A DNA stretch of 64,000 bases from assembly GCF_009914755.1 (NCBI RefSeq), contig NC_060931.1; one strand, 5' to 3'. Source of the DNA: the human T2T-CHM13v2.0 reference genome, Homo sapiens. Of this stretch, positions 14,575 to 27,925 are shown one piece after another. Positions within the stretch are counted from its first letter, which is position 1. Every line of letters starts with the position of its first letter. Made by a program: the position numbers and the translations under genes. The notes beneath the pieces were generated by a model that worked only from the letters and a program-made list of their open reading frames with translations, made no database searches and had not been told where the DNA came from.

Positions 14575-14757
14575 CTTCTTCAGCTTGCCACTTTTGGTGC
14601 CCACAAAGGCCAGAGAGTGGTTCTTGTAGACATATGCGATGACAGACGTCATGCGGTCCCTGTCCTCCGTGAAGACGGGAATTCCACGCACCATGTCGGA
14701 CACTCCCAGGGGAGCATTCATGTCCAGGCCACAGAAGTTATCGTCAATGGTTAAGAG
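14575..14757 (-). CDS. PLXNA4: Plexin A4 second coding exon, codons 397-457 (Sema domain)
   Basis: Acceptor ...ttttctctttttaaaatttgCAG|CTC at 14758/14757 and donor AAG|GTAGG at 14575/14574. Length 183 nt = 61 codons, [18 protein letters not shown]...[12 protein letters not shown], in frame with the preceding exon. Confidence 0.96.
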
Positions 14758-15075
14758 CTGCAAATTTTAAAAAGAGAAAAATTAGAAGGGAGCGTCAAGG
14801 AAATTGGCAGAGATATTAAGTCAGGAAACTATGGAGGTAGAAGAATCCTTAGAGATGAAACATCTGGTAACAATCCCTCTTTTTTACATGAAAAACGTCA
14901 CTCCAGAGAAACTAGGTGACCTGTGAAGAGTCACCTGAGTGGGCAGGTGCAGGGACATGGCAGAAAACACAGGTCCGCAGGTCTCCTTTCTCCATAATCT
15001 GTGTGTCTCTGCCCCTCATCCAACCCCTCCCAGCGCCATCTTGGGAGCTTTGTCCATCATTATTATCATCATCAT

Positions 15076-15107
15076 CCTCACGTGGAAAAGCCTCACGTGG
15101 AAAAGCC
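15076..15107. repeat. 2 x 15-bp tandem repeat cctcacgtggaaaag (two CACGTG E-boxes)
   Basis: Exact copies at 15076-15090 and 15091-15105. Confidence 0.9.
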
Positions 15108-15153
15108 CTGGGTCAGCCCAGATGAGCAGGGGCTCCAGGCCGCTCTGCTCAGG

Positions 15154-15241
15154 CACAAGAGGGATGTGGTCTCCGTATCTATACACAAAGAGGAATGTGG
15201 TCTTCGTATCTATACAGAAGAGGGATGTGGTCTCCATATCT
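15154..15241. repeat. About 3 x 30-31-bp minisatellite (cacaagagggatgtggtctccgtatctata)
   Basis: Three near-identical units start at 15154, 15184 and 15215. Confidence 0.9.
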
Positions 15242-15641
15242 GGAGCAGACACACACATGAGGACTCAAAAGTGTAGACTAGGGAACTGAAAACATTAGCA
15301 TGTAAGTAGCACTATCACAACAGAGGCATGTGCAGGCAATCAGCTGGGGAAAGGAGCAATGGGGGAAGGAATGTGCTGATTCAACTCAATGTGCCACAGC
15401 TGGTGCTTTATGAGCTCCGACCTCAGGCTCCCTGTGTCTTTTAGAGCATTGTGAAGAAGGGCAGCCCTGGCCCTGCCATGCCTACACCAGCACTTCCCAA
15501 AGTGCCATCCATGGAAACCCAGGTCCCCGATATGCTCTACAGATAAAAGGGCTCTGCAGGCAAATTTCTAGGAAGCCTTTTAACACCATCTAAGAGATTC
15601 ATAACGATTAGTTACATGAAAGGTCTGAAAAGTATTTTTAA

Positions 15642-16037
<396 letters not shown>

Positions 16038-16942
16038 TAGTGTTCCTTAAAGAGAATATTCTCCAGATATCCTGTGAGATACTGACCCTGACTCGCTTGC
16101 TCCTGACTCCAGGAAGTATAATTTCAGAAGTCAGGAAGCTTTGGGGCCAGTTCCCCCACTGTATTTCCAGTGGAATCTCTCTTTTTTATACCAGGCCATC
16201 AGGTCCCCCTTGAAACAGAGGGTCTCAGCTGGGCTCTGGGGTGCTGGGGAGTGGTGAAGACCCTGGTAGTAGCTGGTGAAAAGCCCTCGGCACTCCCCAC
16301 AAGCAGCTTGGGTCTCACACACACACCCCTCTGGGGTGAATTTTCCACCGTGTCTTGGAAGGGCTATGTGGTCTCAGAAGAGTTACTCCGTTTTCCTGTG
16401 CTTTTATTTTCTGCTCTATAAAGATGACGGAAACAATCCCCGCTCTTTGATGGGCTACCATAAAGCCTATTGCACTCGTGCCTGTAAATGTCTTTGGACT
16501 TTGCAGAGAAAGGGGTGAAATAAAATACAAGGTGTCACTTTTTTAAAGGCTTCAATCCAGCCAAAGGAAAGGGCATCTGGAGAACAGCAGGCAGGCTCTT
16601 GCCAGGGAGTGTGTGAAACCAGGCCACAGGCGTTCACCTGGCCCCAGCAGGCTCCTCCACTCCCTCCCAGAAGAGGTGCGGGCAGGCACTGTCCCTCCAG
16701 AGAAGGTGACCTGCTCAGCATCTGAAGCCTCTCTGATGGCTCCCCTTCTTCCTACAGAGTAGGGACAGTCAGAGCGAAAACGGGGAGAGCGTGGGCAAGC
16801 CTGAGCAGGCCACGTGTAGAGCAGACATCCACTCCAGGCCTTTGATAGCCTCTGGCCTCTCTTGCGTGGCCTGGTCCACCAGCCCAGGCCAAACACAGCT
16901 CTCTCCCCTTCCCTTAAAAGAAAAAAAAAAAAGAAAAATTAT

Positions 16943-17053
16943 TGACCAGGCATGGTGACTCATGCCTGTAATCCCGCCAGAGGCAGGCAGATCATCTGAG
17001 GTCAGGAGTTCGAGACCAACACTGTCTCTACTAAAAAAACAAACAAAAAATTA
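16943..17053 (+). mobile_element. Alu left-arm fragment with internal deletions
   Basis: gaccaggcatggtgactcatgcctgtaatccc..gaggcaggcagatcatctgaggtcaggagttcgagacca..ctgtctctactaaaa, ending at the A-rich linker. Confidence 0.85.
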
Positions 17054-18959
17054 TAGGAGTCAAATTTACAAGGGAGTGTTCAAGATTTAGTCTGATCTTT
17101 ACCATTTTTCCCTAAATAAGGAGATGGGGAAGGAGACAGGAGGCAGAGGGTTAAAGGGAGGAGTAGAAGAAAGGAAGGACAAATCCAGGCAAAGGGGAGA
17201 AGATGCCCTGTGCCTGCTGGATATGACCATGGCAACCTGCCAGGCCTTCCAAGGGCAGCCTGGGGTGCTAGGGGTCCTCGTGGCCCTTGAATGTTCCTGC
17301 TTCTGGTTCACAAGGAGTTCGCATCCCCAAATTTCTCAGGCCTAAACTGTGCTGCAGGGACCTCTGGCGTCGCAAACTCTGTACATCACCCATTATGATC
17401 CATTTTCTGAGTAGATGTGGCTGAATGATTGTTCACACTGCACAGGGTGGGGACACTGAGGCAGGGACAAAGGGAGTCCTTGTTTCACAGTTCCCCACCA
17501 CCTCTGCCACAAACATAGGCCTCATTAGCCTGAGGAGGCTTCAGGCCTCTCAGCTCCCAAAATTGCATTTCTGAGGGGTCAGGATTACTGAATACGATTC
17601 TTCCCCTTGGCTGGGCACGACAGAAGGACATCAACAGCCACGTACAAAAAGAGAGTATACATTTGGCTGGTTACATCATTCACTAACCAGAAAGTCAGGG
17701 ACCTGTGACTCTCTTCCTCTGCAGAACCTCTTGAAGCAAGAAGCCCAGGCAAGATCTGGGACAATGACAGATTTCTCCCTAAGTTTCCCCGTGGCTTGGC
17801 TTCTCTCTCTCTGAATGGGGCCCCAAGTGATAAAGGTGCCATTGAGTCCTTTGACCAAGCACCGTCCAGGTCTTCATGATTGCTGAGGTCCCCAGCTGTG
17901 GCAGGAGGTGGCCCTGCTCTTTGTTTCCTTGAATCTGGGGTGATGGGGGAGGGATTTTTAAGATTGAAAGAGTGGAAAAATCACAGGACTTGGGTTCAAA
18001 TGGCAGCTCAGCTGCTTCCCAATTGCACAACTTGCTCCTACTGTTCTGTAACCTGACTTTCCTTGGCTATAGAGCGGGTAAGCTTATTGGAGCGATGGCA
18101 CCTGGTGAGCTGGGAAGCACTTCAATGTAAGATATTTCATGTTGATTTTTTGTGTATAGAAATCCTGCCTGGAACAGGGGTAGAATGGCTGCAGGGTGTG
18201 GCCCTAGCATGCCTCTTGACCACAGCATGCACTGCAAACACAGTATGCATTGCTGGGTCTGAGCTGAAACCACCAGCTAATTACAGTACCTGAAGCAGGG
18301 GGAGGGAGGGTCCCCCAGGGCCTGTAGACCTGGGAGGTGGACATGTAGAGAACAGATGCCAGGGCTGCCTGGGCCCGGGAAGGTGAGGCTAATTGGTGAA
18401 AGCCTTCAACAGGTGAGGGTTGATGTGGCTTCCTGAGCACCTGGGTGATGGGGGAAGAGAATGTTTGCTCCAGCCCTGGCTGAGCCTTCCCCTGGGCCCC
18501 ATTAACAGTGAGATTAGAGCCACAGCCAGAGGAGCCAGGTCTGGACTCTGCTATTATCAGGAGCCCAGCCATGCCCTAGGCCTGGGGCTGGCCTCCTGTC
18601 ACTCCACAAATACACAAAATGTTTGGCCATGGTTATGATAACCCTTGTTTATTAGAGAGCAACTCTACTCTCACAAGGAAAGGAAATAAGCACCCATTAA
18701 ATGAGAATTTATATGGAGCCCATTTGGACAACCCTGTGGACAGACCTAGAAGCCCTGAGAGGGCCACACTCTCTGGGTCCCTATCCAGAGGACTCTGGAT
18801 CTTTTTTCACTGGCTCAAATGTCCTCATAGAATGCATGGGGTACAAATTAAGATGGCTGATCCACTGTGCTCCAAGGACTATGAGCTCAAGGACAGGGGC
18901 CACGTTTTATGCATCTTTGTACCCCTAGCTTAGTGCCTGGCTTATAATAGGCTAATACA

Positions 18960-19071
18960 ATGGATGGATAGATGGATGGATGGATAGGTGGATGGATGGA
19001 TGGATGGGTGGATGGGTGGATGGGTGGATGGGTGGATGGATGGATGGATGGATGGATGGATGGATGGATGG
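18960..19071. repeat. (TGGA)n / (TGGG) tetranucleotide microsatellite
   Basis: About 110 bp of tgga repeats with tggg and taga interruptions. Confidence 0.95.
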
Positions 19072-19104
19072 TTCGTTGGACAGATAGATAAATAAAAGCC
19101 TGAG

Positions 19105-19330
19105 CTTCACAGTGGCTAACAGTACTGAACCAGAACCAAAGTGCTTAGGTTTGAATCCCAACTCTGCCACTTAATCCTGTGTGACCTTGAGAAAGTCACT
19201 TAACCTCCCTGTGCCTTAATTTGTTACCTGTAGAATGGGGATTATTACAATAGTACATACTTTGTTGTACTGTGGTGAGGATTAAATAATTTAAAACATA
19301 TAGAACAATGTTTGGCACTTAGTTCTATGG
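19105..19330 (+). mobile_element. MIR SINE
   Basis: ggtttgaatcccaactctgccactta..ctgtgtgaccttgagaaagtcacttaacctccctgtgcct..tgtagaatgggga is the MIR core. Confidence 0.85.
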
Positions 19331-19564
19331 GAGTGTTCACTCTTGTTGTTTGTTGTCATTAGATGGGTCAGATGACCTCTGCGGTTCTCAGCATCTTTGA
19401 GGAAATTCATGGTATCTATCTCAGAGGTATCATGAAAATTAAAGGGGCTAATGTTGTGAAGATGAAATAGCAAAGGTAGTTCTTCCCAAATATCTTCCAG
19501 AATCCGATAGACATTTGGTCACAAAGCTGACTGAAGGAGCAGGGGAATGGTCTCAGATCCAGGA

Positions 19565-19716
19565 GACTGAGCGCTATTCATTAGAAATGCAAATTCTTGA
19601 GCTCCACCCCAGACATATTGGATTAAAAAGTCTTGGGTGGGGGCTCAGACATCTTCATCTTCACACCTCTCCAGGTGATTCCAACCCCCTCTTGCTAAGG
19701 TTTGAGAAGCACTGGC
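19565..19716. mobile_element. MER5A-like hAT-Charlie relic
   Basis: tagaaatgcaaattcttgagctccaccccagac...ccaggtgattc...gtttgagaagcactg. Confidence 0.75.
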
Positions 19717-20553
19717 CTGGATCACCATGGAGGGCCCTTCCTAGCTGAGGGCACTACAGAACACAGCATGTGCCTAGCATCCCGACTCGGGAGCAGGACC
19801 CTGAGCTGGACCTGGATGCAGAGAGCCCTCACAGCAGCCTCCCCAGGGGCCTGCCACGCAGTGTGGTGGTGGTGGAGGTGGTGTGGGGAGCTGGAGCTGA
19901 CACTCCGAATTACAATCTAATAGCTTATGGCGCTTCCCTCGTGCACCGCAGCAAAGGTTACCGTGCAATTACGTGTCGCCACATACAAATGACAGAGCAG
20001 TTACGGTTACTTTACCAATTACAGGGAAATTGCTCCCACTCTGCAGAGAGATTGGCACTCTGAAAAGCTCTATCATCTCCATGAAAAGGGGATTTTAAAT
20101 GCAGACGGTTTCCTTCCTCCAGCAGTTCCCCAGGCTCAGGGGCAGAGCTGCAAAGCCACTGCCACTGCCCAAGGACCCCAGAAGTGCCTGGTAGTCTCTG
20201 TGGAGACTCCCTGGGAAGGGCTGGAGGAGGAGGTAGACCTGGGGAACAGTGGGGGGATCTCCCCAAGAACTCTAGACATCACCCCCAACCCTAGGCCTCA
20301 ATGACACACTCTTAAGGAACCAACTATCACCCACTCTGACAGCCACATCAATCCATCTTGAAGGCAGCAGGTGATGAGGCGGGGTGGGCCCCTGATCCCC
20401 AAATCCTCCCCTGACCCCAGCCTGCACAGCCCCTGGTGTGAGTCCTGATTGCACCTCCTCTGCCAAGCAAAGCTGTTTTAGCCCCGGCCCTGGCTTGCCC
20501 CACCTTTGCAGAAACCTCACATTGAGTCCTTATTACAGAAAGGTCAGAACCAA

Positions 20554-20640
20554 GCCAGAGCTCAATGGCCCAAATGCAGTGCTAATGAGGTGAAGGTCAG
20601 CAGGTCCATCCCCCTGTGGGCCAATTAGCTTAGCTCTGGG
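20554..20640 (+). mobile_element. tRNA-derived ancient SINE relic (MamSINE1-like)
   Basis: agctcaatgg...gtgctaatgaggtgaaggtcagcaggtccatcccc..tgggccaattagctt resembles a decayed tRNA-Ile-like SINE head. Confidence 0.5.
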
Positions 20641-21688
20641 ACACAGTCTCTTCCATAGCCACAGGCTGCCCTCTTACTGCAGGCATCCACTGTTTACAAA
20701 CATCCTAAGCTGATCCTGAAGAGGCAGACCAGGTGACCAGCAGGGATGTGCCATGCAGCCAACTCCTCCAGCCACCTATGTACCTGCCCTGCTGCTCTGG
20801 GGCAGCAGCAGCCATCTGAGCCCCAGGATGGAAGACAAAATCAGATCTGGTCTTCCCATTGCTCTGTGGGCAACTCCTGTGGTCCAGGAGAGAGAGGATT
20901 TCTCCCATCTGGGAGAAAACCAGCTCTCCTGCCCTTCCTGAATGGAAAAGTATCATCTAGCCTCATACTCCTCCACAGCTGGGAAGTCCCCACTCCTGTC
21001 CGTTGCATAGGGTAAGAAGACATCAGAGATTTTCCCAAGCTCACCCATGGTGGGGCCAACTGGATCTTTAGACCAACCTTTTCCCACCAAACCTTTGGTT
21101 CCTTGGGCTATTGGAACTCCCTGCGTTCAGCAAGGGAAATAGGCACTAGATGAAGACAAGGCTATTTACTTTTCCTCACTTACTAATTTGCTTAAGAGCA
21201 TTTATGAAAAACCTACTAAGCCCCAAGCACTAGGTGAGCCCCTAAGAATAGAAAGATGAAAAAGTCTCAGTTCCTGCCCCAAAGAACTGCCTCTTTCCCA
21301 GTGTGGGGATGGACAGACGTGGGCCATGACTAGACAAAGCCATCTGGGCCCTGCTTCAGTTATGTGCCTGGGGGAGTCCAGAGAATGGACCACCAACTGC
21401 CTTGGGGAGCAGGCATGACTTTGAGGAAGAGGCGAGGTCTGGGCTCACGTCCAAGTTCTCTGGCTTATGAAACAGTATTCTGCCCCTCTTTCACACATCA
21501 TATTTCAGATGCGGAAAATAACTCAGGATCATAAAATCCAACAGCCCCATTTTACAGAAGGGGCCACTGGGGCCTGGAGAGTGAGGTGCCTCCCCTAGTT
21601 ACCTATCAAGTTGCTGAGAAAATAGGTACCAAAACCCCAAATTCCTGGTGACAGAAAAAACAAAACAAAACAAAACAAAAAAGCCTGA

Positions 21689-21976
<288 letters not shown>

Positions 21977-22388
21977 AAAAAACTGATCTTAAGCACGGGT
22001 TTCCTCTGGGGTTGTTAGAGGGTGGTCCCAAAGACAATCTATTCCAGGATCAGAGGAAGGCAGGGGACTGCTGGGGAAGAGACTATGTGTCCAGTCCCTT
22101 TCCCAGCACCAGGGATGAGTGCTCTGCCATCTCCAGAAACTGGAAGCAACCAACTCTCCCCTCCCAAGGAGGCCCCTGACCACTCACTTAAGCTGGGCTT
22201 CTTCCTTTCCTGGGTCTGTGCATCCCAAAGGAAAGTGAGAAATGACGTTTTGAAAAGAAATTCAAGTTAGGAGAAAAAGGGAAGGGAAGCCCATGAGCTG
22301 CCTATTGATACAGAAAAGAAAAGGTCTTTATATTCTTCATGTTGAGCAGCCCTAAATTTCTTCCCATTAATTACACTTATGCACACTT

Positions 22389-22399
22389 GTGCACGCACG

Positions 22400-22430
<31 letters not shown>

Positions 22431-22431
22431 A
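22389..22431. repeat. (CA)n microsatellite with (CACG) start
   Basis: gtgcacgcacgcacacacac..., an alternating purine-pyrimidine run. Confidence 0.92.
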
Positions 22432-23309
22432 TATCCTGGTTGCTGACCATAGCACACCTCCACTGGAAATGGGGAATCAGTGAATTACACATGTGGGATT
22501 TCTTTTTAAAGGGAGATATTGATCAGATAAACTGTAATAGCTCATGTCTAAATGCAGGCTCCAGTTGTAAAGCTCTGCAGTACAGGGAGATAATGATCAC
22601 CCACTTATTGGGAACCGTATCTCAAATATGACGGCTGACCCCTAAGGTGTTCATAAATACACAAAATGCATCCACCCCTTGAGATGACATCGTGTTTACT
22701 CCACAATACCTCCTCAGGGGTAGAGGTAAGTGGAGAGTGTCCACAGGGAGGTAGAAATATCTCTGGGAGTCTCTAGTAGGCTTAGGTTTAGCTCCTCAGA
22801 AAGCCTATTATTCTATAAGATATTTCCATGTGCTTGAGTGATGATTCTGTAACAAAGAAATCAAAAAGACCTGACTATCCAATCCTCTGATTGCTTTCCT
22901 GTAATGCCTAAACTTTCTCTTTTATGACTCCTAGCCCTCCCCAGAAGGTCTGCCTTCAGACACGTGACATTGAGACACAGGACCCACGCTGGCCCTATGA
23001 GATTGAAGTCTCTTGAAAGCAAGCCAGAGAAGTCCTATAATAGGTGAAAGTTGACCCCTGCACCCTGGTTGTGAGCACAGGCCATGGAAACAATGCTGGA
23101 GTGAGGGCTCATACACTCAGTTACTAATGCTTCATCTCAGAATGATTCTTTCGGGTGTCTTTTTCAATGAGATTGTAGGGAAAACGAATGTGTAAGAGAA
23201 AGAGGGAGAGCCAGCAAGCCACAGTCACAACAACCCAGTTAGACAAACACATCATTGCAGGGGCTTAGAGAAAAGTGTATTGGGGTTGGAAAAACAACCC
23301 AACAAATTA

Positions 23310-23999
23310 TAGTAGTTCCCCTGATCCTTGGCTTCACTTTCCATGGTTTCAGTTACCGCAGCTTCAGATCAACCACTGCCCAAAAATAGAAGAGTAGAGC
23401 ACAATAAGGGATTTTTGAGAGACAGAGGAGACAATGTTCACATAATTTTTATTATAGTATATTGTCATAACTGTTCTATTTTATGATTATTATTACTGTT
23501 AATCTTTTACTGTGCCTAACTGATAAATTAAAGTTTATTATAGGTATGTATGTATATTAGTCCATTTGCTGATAAAGACATACTGGAGACTTGGAAGAAA
23601 AAGTTTGATGGACTTACATTTCCACGTGGCTGGGGAGGCCTCACAATCATGGCAGAAGGCAAGGAGGAGGAAGACAGGTCTTACACGGATGGCAGCAGGC
23701 AAAAAGAGAGAGTGTGTGCAGGGAAACACCCCCTTATAATATCCTCAGATCTCATAAGACTTATTCACTATCACGAAAACAGCACAGGAAAGTCCTGCCC
23801 CCATGATTCAATTACCTCCCACCAGGTCCCTCCCACAACATGTGGGACTTCAAGATGAGATCTGGATGGGGACATAGCCAAACCATGAGAGTATGCATGG
23901 GAAAAAACACGGTATATATGGGGTTTGGGACTATCTGTGGTTTCAGGCATCCACTGGGGGACTTGGAAAGCATCTCCCAAGGATAAGTGGGGACTATCA
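23310..23999 (+). mobile_element. MER44-like Tigger DNA transposon relic, split by a THE1 LTR
   Basis: Terminal inverted repeats tagtagttcccctgatcc ... ggataagtggggactatca flanked by TA. The interior matches the recalled MER44A consensus on both sides of the LTR. Confidence 0.8.
23553..23890 (-). mobile_element. THE1 (MaLR) solo LTR
   Basis: tattagtcc...ggggaggcctcacaatcatggcagaaggc...cccatgattcaattacctcccacc...ggggacatagccaaacc. 5-bp target-site duplication GTATG at 23548-23552 and 23891-23895. Confidence 0.9.
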
Positions 24000-25484
24000 T
24001 ATGGCCCCAGTTCTCAAGAACCAAGAGCTTTGCTTCTGGGCATCTCAAAAAGGAGGAGAGCAGACCAGAAAACAGGATAGAAAGTCATTGTGTTTTAGGA
24101 GGTGGGGCTGGGGATTTTGATGCAAATATTCATTAAATGAATGCATTTAACTACCTATGGAATGATGAAAGCCATTTGCTAAAAGCAACACTTCTTTTAA
24201 TACTCATTTTGAAGTTTCTATGTGTGTTTTGGGACCATCTGTGGCCCAAGCCCACCAGATATCTAAGTGGTCTTTCACTCATCATGAAAACAAGCTATCC
24301 TTCTAATAGGGAACTAATGTCACTAAATTGAGCAGTTTTCCCTGGAGAAGGGCATTAAGCCAAGCACACATTCTGCAGGCCAGGCTGTAACCAATAGCGA
24401 GCTTTAGCAGTGCACCCCTTCTAGGGGTTGCTGAGCATAGCAGCCAAAGACAAGCTTCAGCTCAGAATCCTAGGGGTTGAACCCATGACCTTCTCCTCAT
24501 TAGCTTAGCTGCCAAGAGCCTCGTGTTCCTCCCTCTGAGAAGCAGACAGGGCCATGCCCTGGGAATAGTCTGGACAGGCCAGAGCTCTAGGCCAGCCTAC
24601 CAAGAGAATTGAAATTCTGCAGATGGCATTATCCCTGGGGGCTGGTTTAGCAACCAACACCAGACCCATGGGAAATCCCAGGGAAGTTTCTCAGCATTGC
24701 GAATGGTAACAACCAAAACCTACTGGGGTGCCACCTCTCTCCTTTTGTACTTTAGCTCCAGAGAACCCCAGTGGCTACCTGTCAGGGGCAGATAAATCCC
24801 ATGCCACCAGTCCATCAATCCCAAATCCCACTGTCCCTCCTGGAGTCTATGGCAGGCAGACTCAGCAGCCACAAGGGCTGTCATTGAAGTGAGAAATACC
24901 ATGATGATTAAGTTTGTGTGTTTTCTGGTGGGTGCTGGGAAGCAGTGGCCCTGCTCCCCAGGCTGAGTTATGGGGTAGGTCATTCCCTCATTAGTGGAAA
25001 TAAATTTTATTAGCCCCACTCTCACGGCAATGTATCTTCCTCTCTTGCTCCTCGGGTCTAGGTGTGGGTCTGGGTAATGTTGCCTGCGTGTGGGATAAAT
25101 CAGCCGAACAAATCCCATTATATTTTGGAACACTGACGGAGACACAGTAATGGCACAGAGACCAGGGAAGGGAGTGGGCTGCTTCTCTCCCACTGACCCC
25201 GTTTCCTGCCCATAGGGCCACACACACTAGGGAAAACATGTAAATTGAGAGGCCAGATGGAGAAGAGCTCTCTCAGTTGTCTCTTTCTCCTTCTCTCCAC
25301 TGACTTTCTTGATAAAAGAAACAAGCCTGATGTGGTGATGTGCAGTCCTTCCCTTATACCTTACAAAAACTAAGGGACATGTGAAGGTAACAGCAGCAAG
25401 CACTGGCCCAAAATGTGTCTTGTCACCCAAATGCATTATCTTATCATTCATAACCTGTGCTATATAGAAAGGAAGGCAATTGGA

Positions 25485-25790
<306 letters not shown>

Positions 25791-27737
25791 AAAGGCAGCT
25801 GGAGCACATCCTAGGGCCTGAGATACCAAACACCACACCTGCATTAAGCACAGCCCAAATCTCTCAAAAGCAGGTATTGGTGAAGAAAAAAAAATTCTAA
25901 GCATGAAATCACTGCAATATTATTACGCCCCTTTCTGTCCCCTTGGGTGGTTATTATAACTAAAGGAGGAGACACAGGATGATGCTATGAAGATGTTTGA
26001 GTGTCCTATGAATATAAGGGGCTGTGTGTCTATCGTTATTAACATCTGTATATTTCTCTTTCCTTAGGAGCTTCCGGACTCTTTATTAAAAGGATACTTT
26101 TTTATCATCTCCTTCTTGAAGATAAAATGTGTGATTCAAAGCAAAAGGGAAACTGCTTGCCCAGTGATATCTCACAAGCTGGGACTGGCTGAGACCCAAA
26201 GATCCTGACTCCTAGACCAGTAACCCGGCCAAGACGCCACCCTGTGAGGACGAAAGGAATTGAAGGGAAGGCCCAGAAGTCCAGATCTGGATTGTTAAGT
26301 AGGGCTGGTCTATGTGCCCATTGAACAAGAGGTCTGGCTTCCCATTTTGGCAGGGTTATCTCACACTGCATGAGGCGTGTGTGTGTGAGAGAGAGAAATC
26401 TCATTGTACTTGCTGCTGAGCAGAGTGTGTGGGGGTGAGGGAGAACAAGTCACAGAAATAGGGAGACAGAGAAAGGCTAAGAGAGGACCGTGCACCAAGA
26501 GTGTGAGTGAGTGAGCAAGAGGAGAGAAACAGAGAAAGCAACAGACAGCAACGAGGAGGACAGACATCAAGGACAGAAAGAATGGGTGTGTGCACGTGGG
26601 TGTGCTATGGGTGTGTACGCCACTGTGCTCGGGCTCATGACATGCAGTCCATGTCTCAGTATTGTGAGAGCACACATCCTCAAACCTGACTTTGTGCTAA
26701 GCTCTCCTGGCAGCAGTCTGCGTTAAAATTCAGCCTGTGTGACTCCTGGGTCCCGCCTCACTCCCTGCTGACCCGATGGCCTCCAGGGTGGGCATCCTGG
26801 GAGAGTACATCCAGCCTAGGAAGCCAGCCTCAACTTTGCTCCTGCCAAACCCAACACATCGCCCAGGGCTCAGCTACCTGTCACACAAAGCACCATGCAC
26901 ACTAGTCTGGGATGGGACTTTTACTGCAAACCCTGCTGGCCAAAAAGAGGGAGGTGGGCGGGCCTTTCACCTAAATACCTGAGACAGGTGCCATCTCCGA
27001 GAGAGTGGGAAGACTTGATTCTATAAAGATTGGGGCTGTGATATGTCAGGCACCCAGTGCTAAACAAGAAATCTGGAGTACAGGGTCATGGGCCATGAGA
27101 GGTGGGCACTCAGACCAATGTGTTAGATTTTTGATGTGTGCATTTATTGGGACATGAGTGTGGCATGGGCCATGGTGTGTATGGCAAGTGTAGTGGGGAT
27201 GAGAGAGGAAGGATGGTGTGGGGAAGAGGAGGAGTTCCAGGTCTAGAGAGGACAAGAGCTGAGCAGAAAAAGCAAGCCTCGTCTAATGCCATAAACAACA
27301 GGATACAACCCCATCAAGTCTGAGCCCTGTGCTTCCTGCTGACAGGGAAAAGAAAACACCCCAAGAAGACCTGCAGAAGCCAGGCCCCAGAGCCTGGGAT
27401 GCCTGCCTGGCCATTCCGGATGCTCACTTTCGTGGAGTTTCAGGATCTCAGGCGCCAGACCAACCTGAGTAACCACCCAGACTGGAATGTGAGGCCAGCC
27501 CAAGTCCAAGGGGGTGACCCTGTCTCCTGCTCAGGACTGCCATGCCTAGGAAACCAGTGAGTCAAAGGAACGGCACGTGGAAGGGGACCTCCATCGCCAC
27601 CCAGTCATGCACACAGCAGGGCAGGAAGGGGAGCTTTGGGTTAAAAAGAAACAGCTCCATCTCCTGTGCCTGTGTGGCCCTTGTGGGACTACACAGGGCT
27701 GGTGGGTAAACTCCAGAGTCAGGTGGGAGCTGGGTCT

Positions 27738-27925
27738 AGCAATGGTTCTCAACGAGAGGCTTCTGGAAATGTGAGAGGTTTTCTAGTCTTGTAGTGGCTG
27801 GGAACTTCCACTGGTGCTCAGCACTGTAGGGCCCCGGATCACAAACGCCCTACAATATCAGGCAGTCCCTGCACCAAGAACTGCCCACCCCAGACACTGC
27901 TAGCACACTCTTGTGAAACACCACG
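27738..27925. mobile_element. MER20-like hAT relic
   Basis: caatggttctcaac...ctggaaatgtgagagg...ccctacaatatcaggcagtccc...aagaactgccc. Confidence 0.5.

Noticed and set aside
14458-14763. 101-aa ORF as a stand-alone protein
   Set aside because: It is the 183-nt internal exon plus intronic read-through from a TTG.
15076-15241. CRISPR-like array
   Set aside because: The units are head to tail with no unique spacers, and the context is eukaryotic. It is a minisatellite.
20554-20640. Functional tRNA gene
   Set aside because: The cloverleaf and B box are decayed. A SINE relic explains it better.
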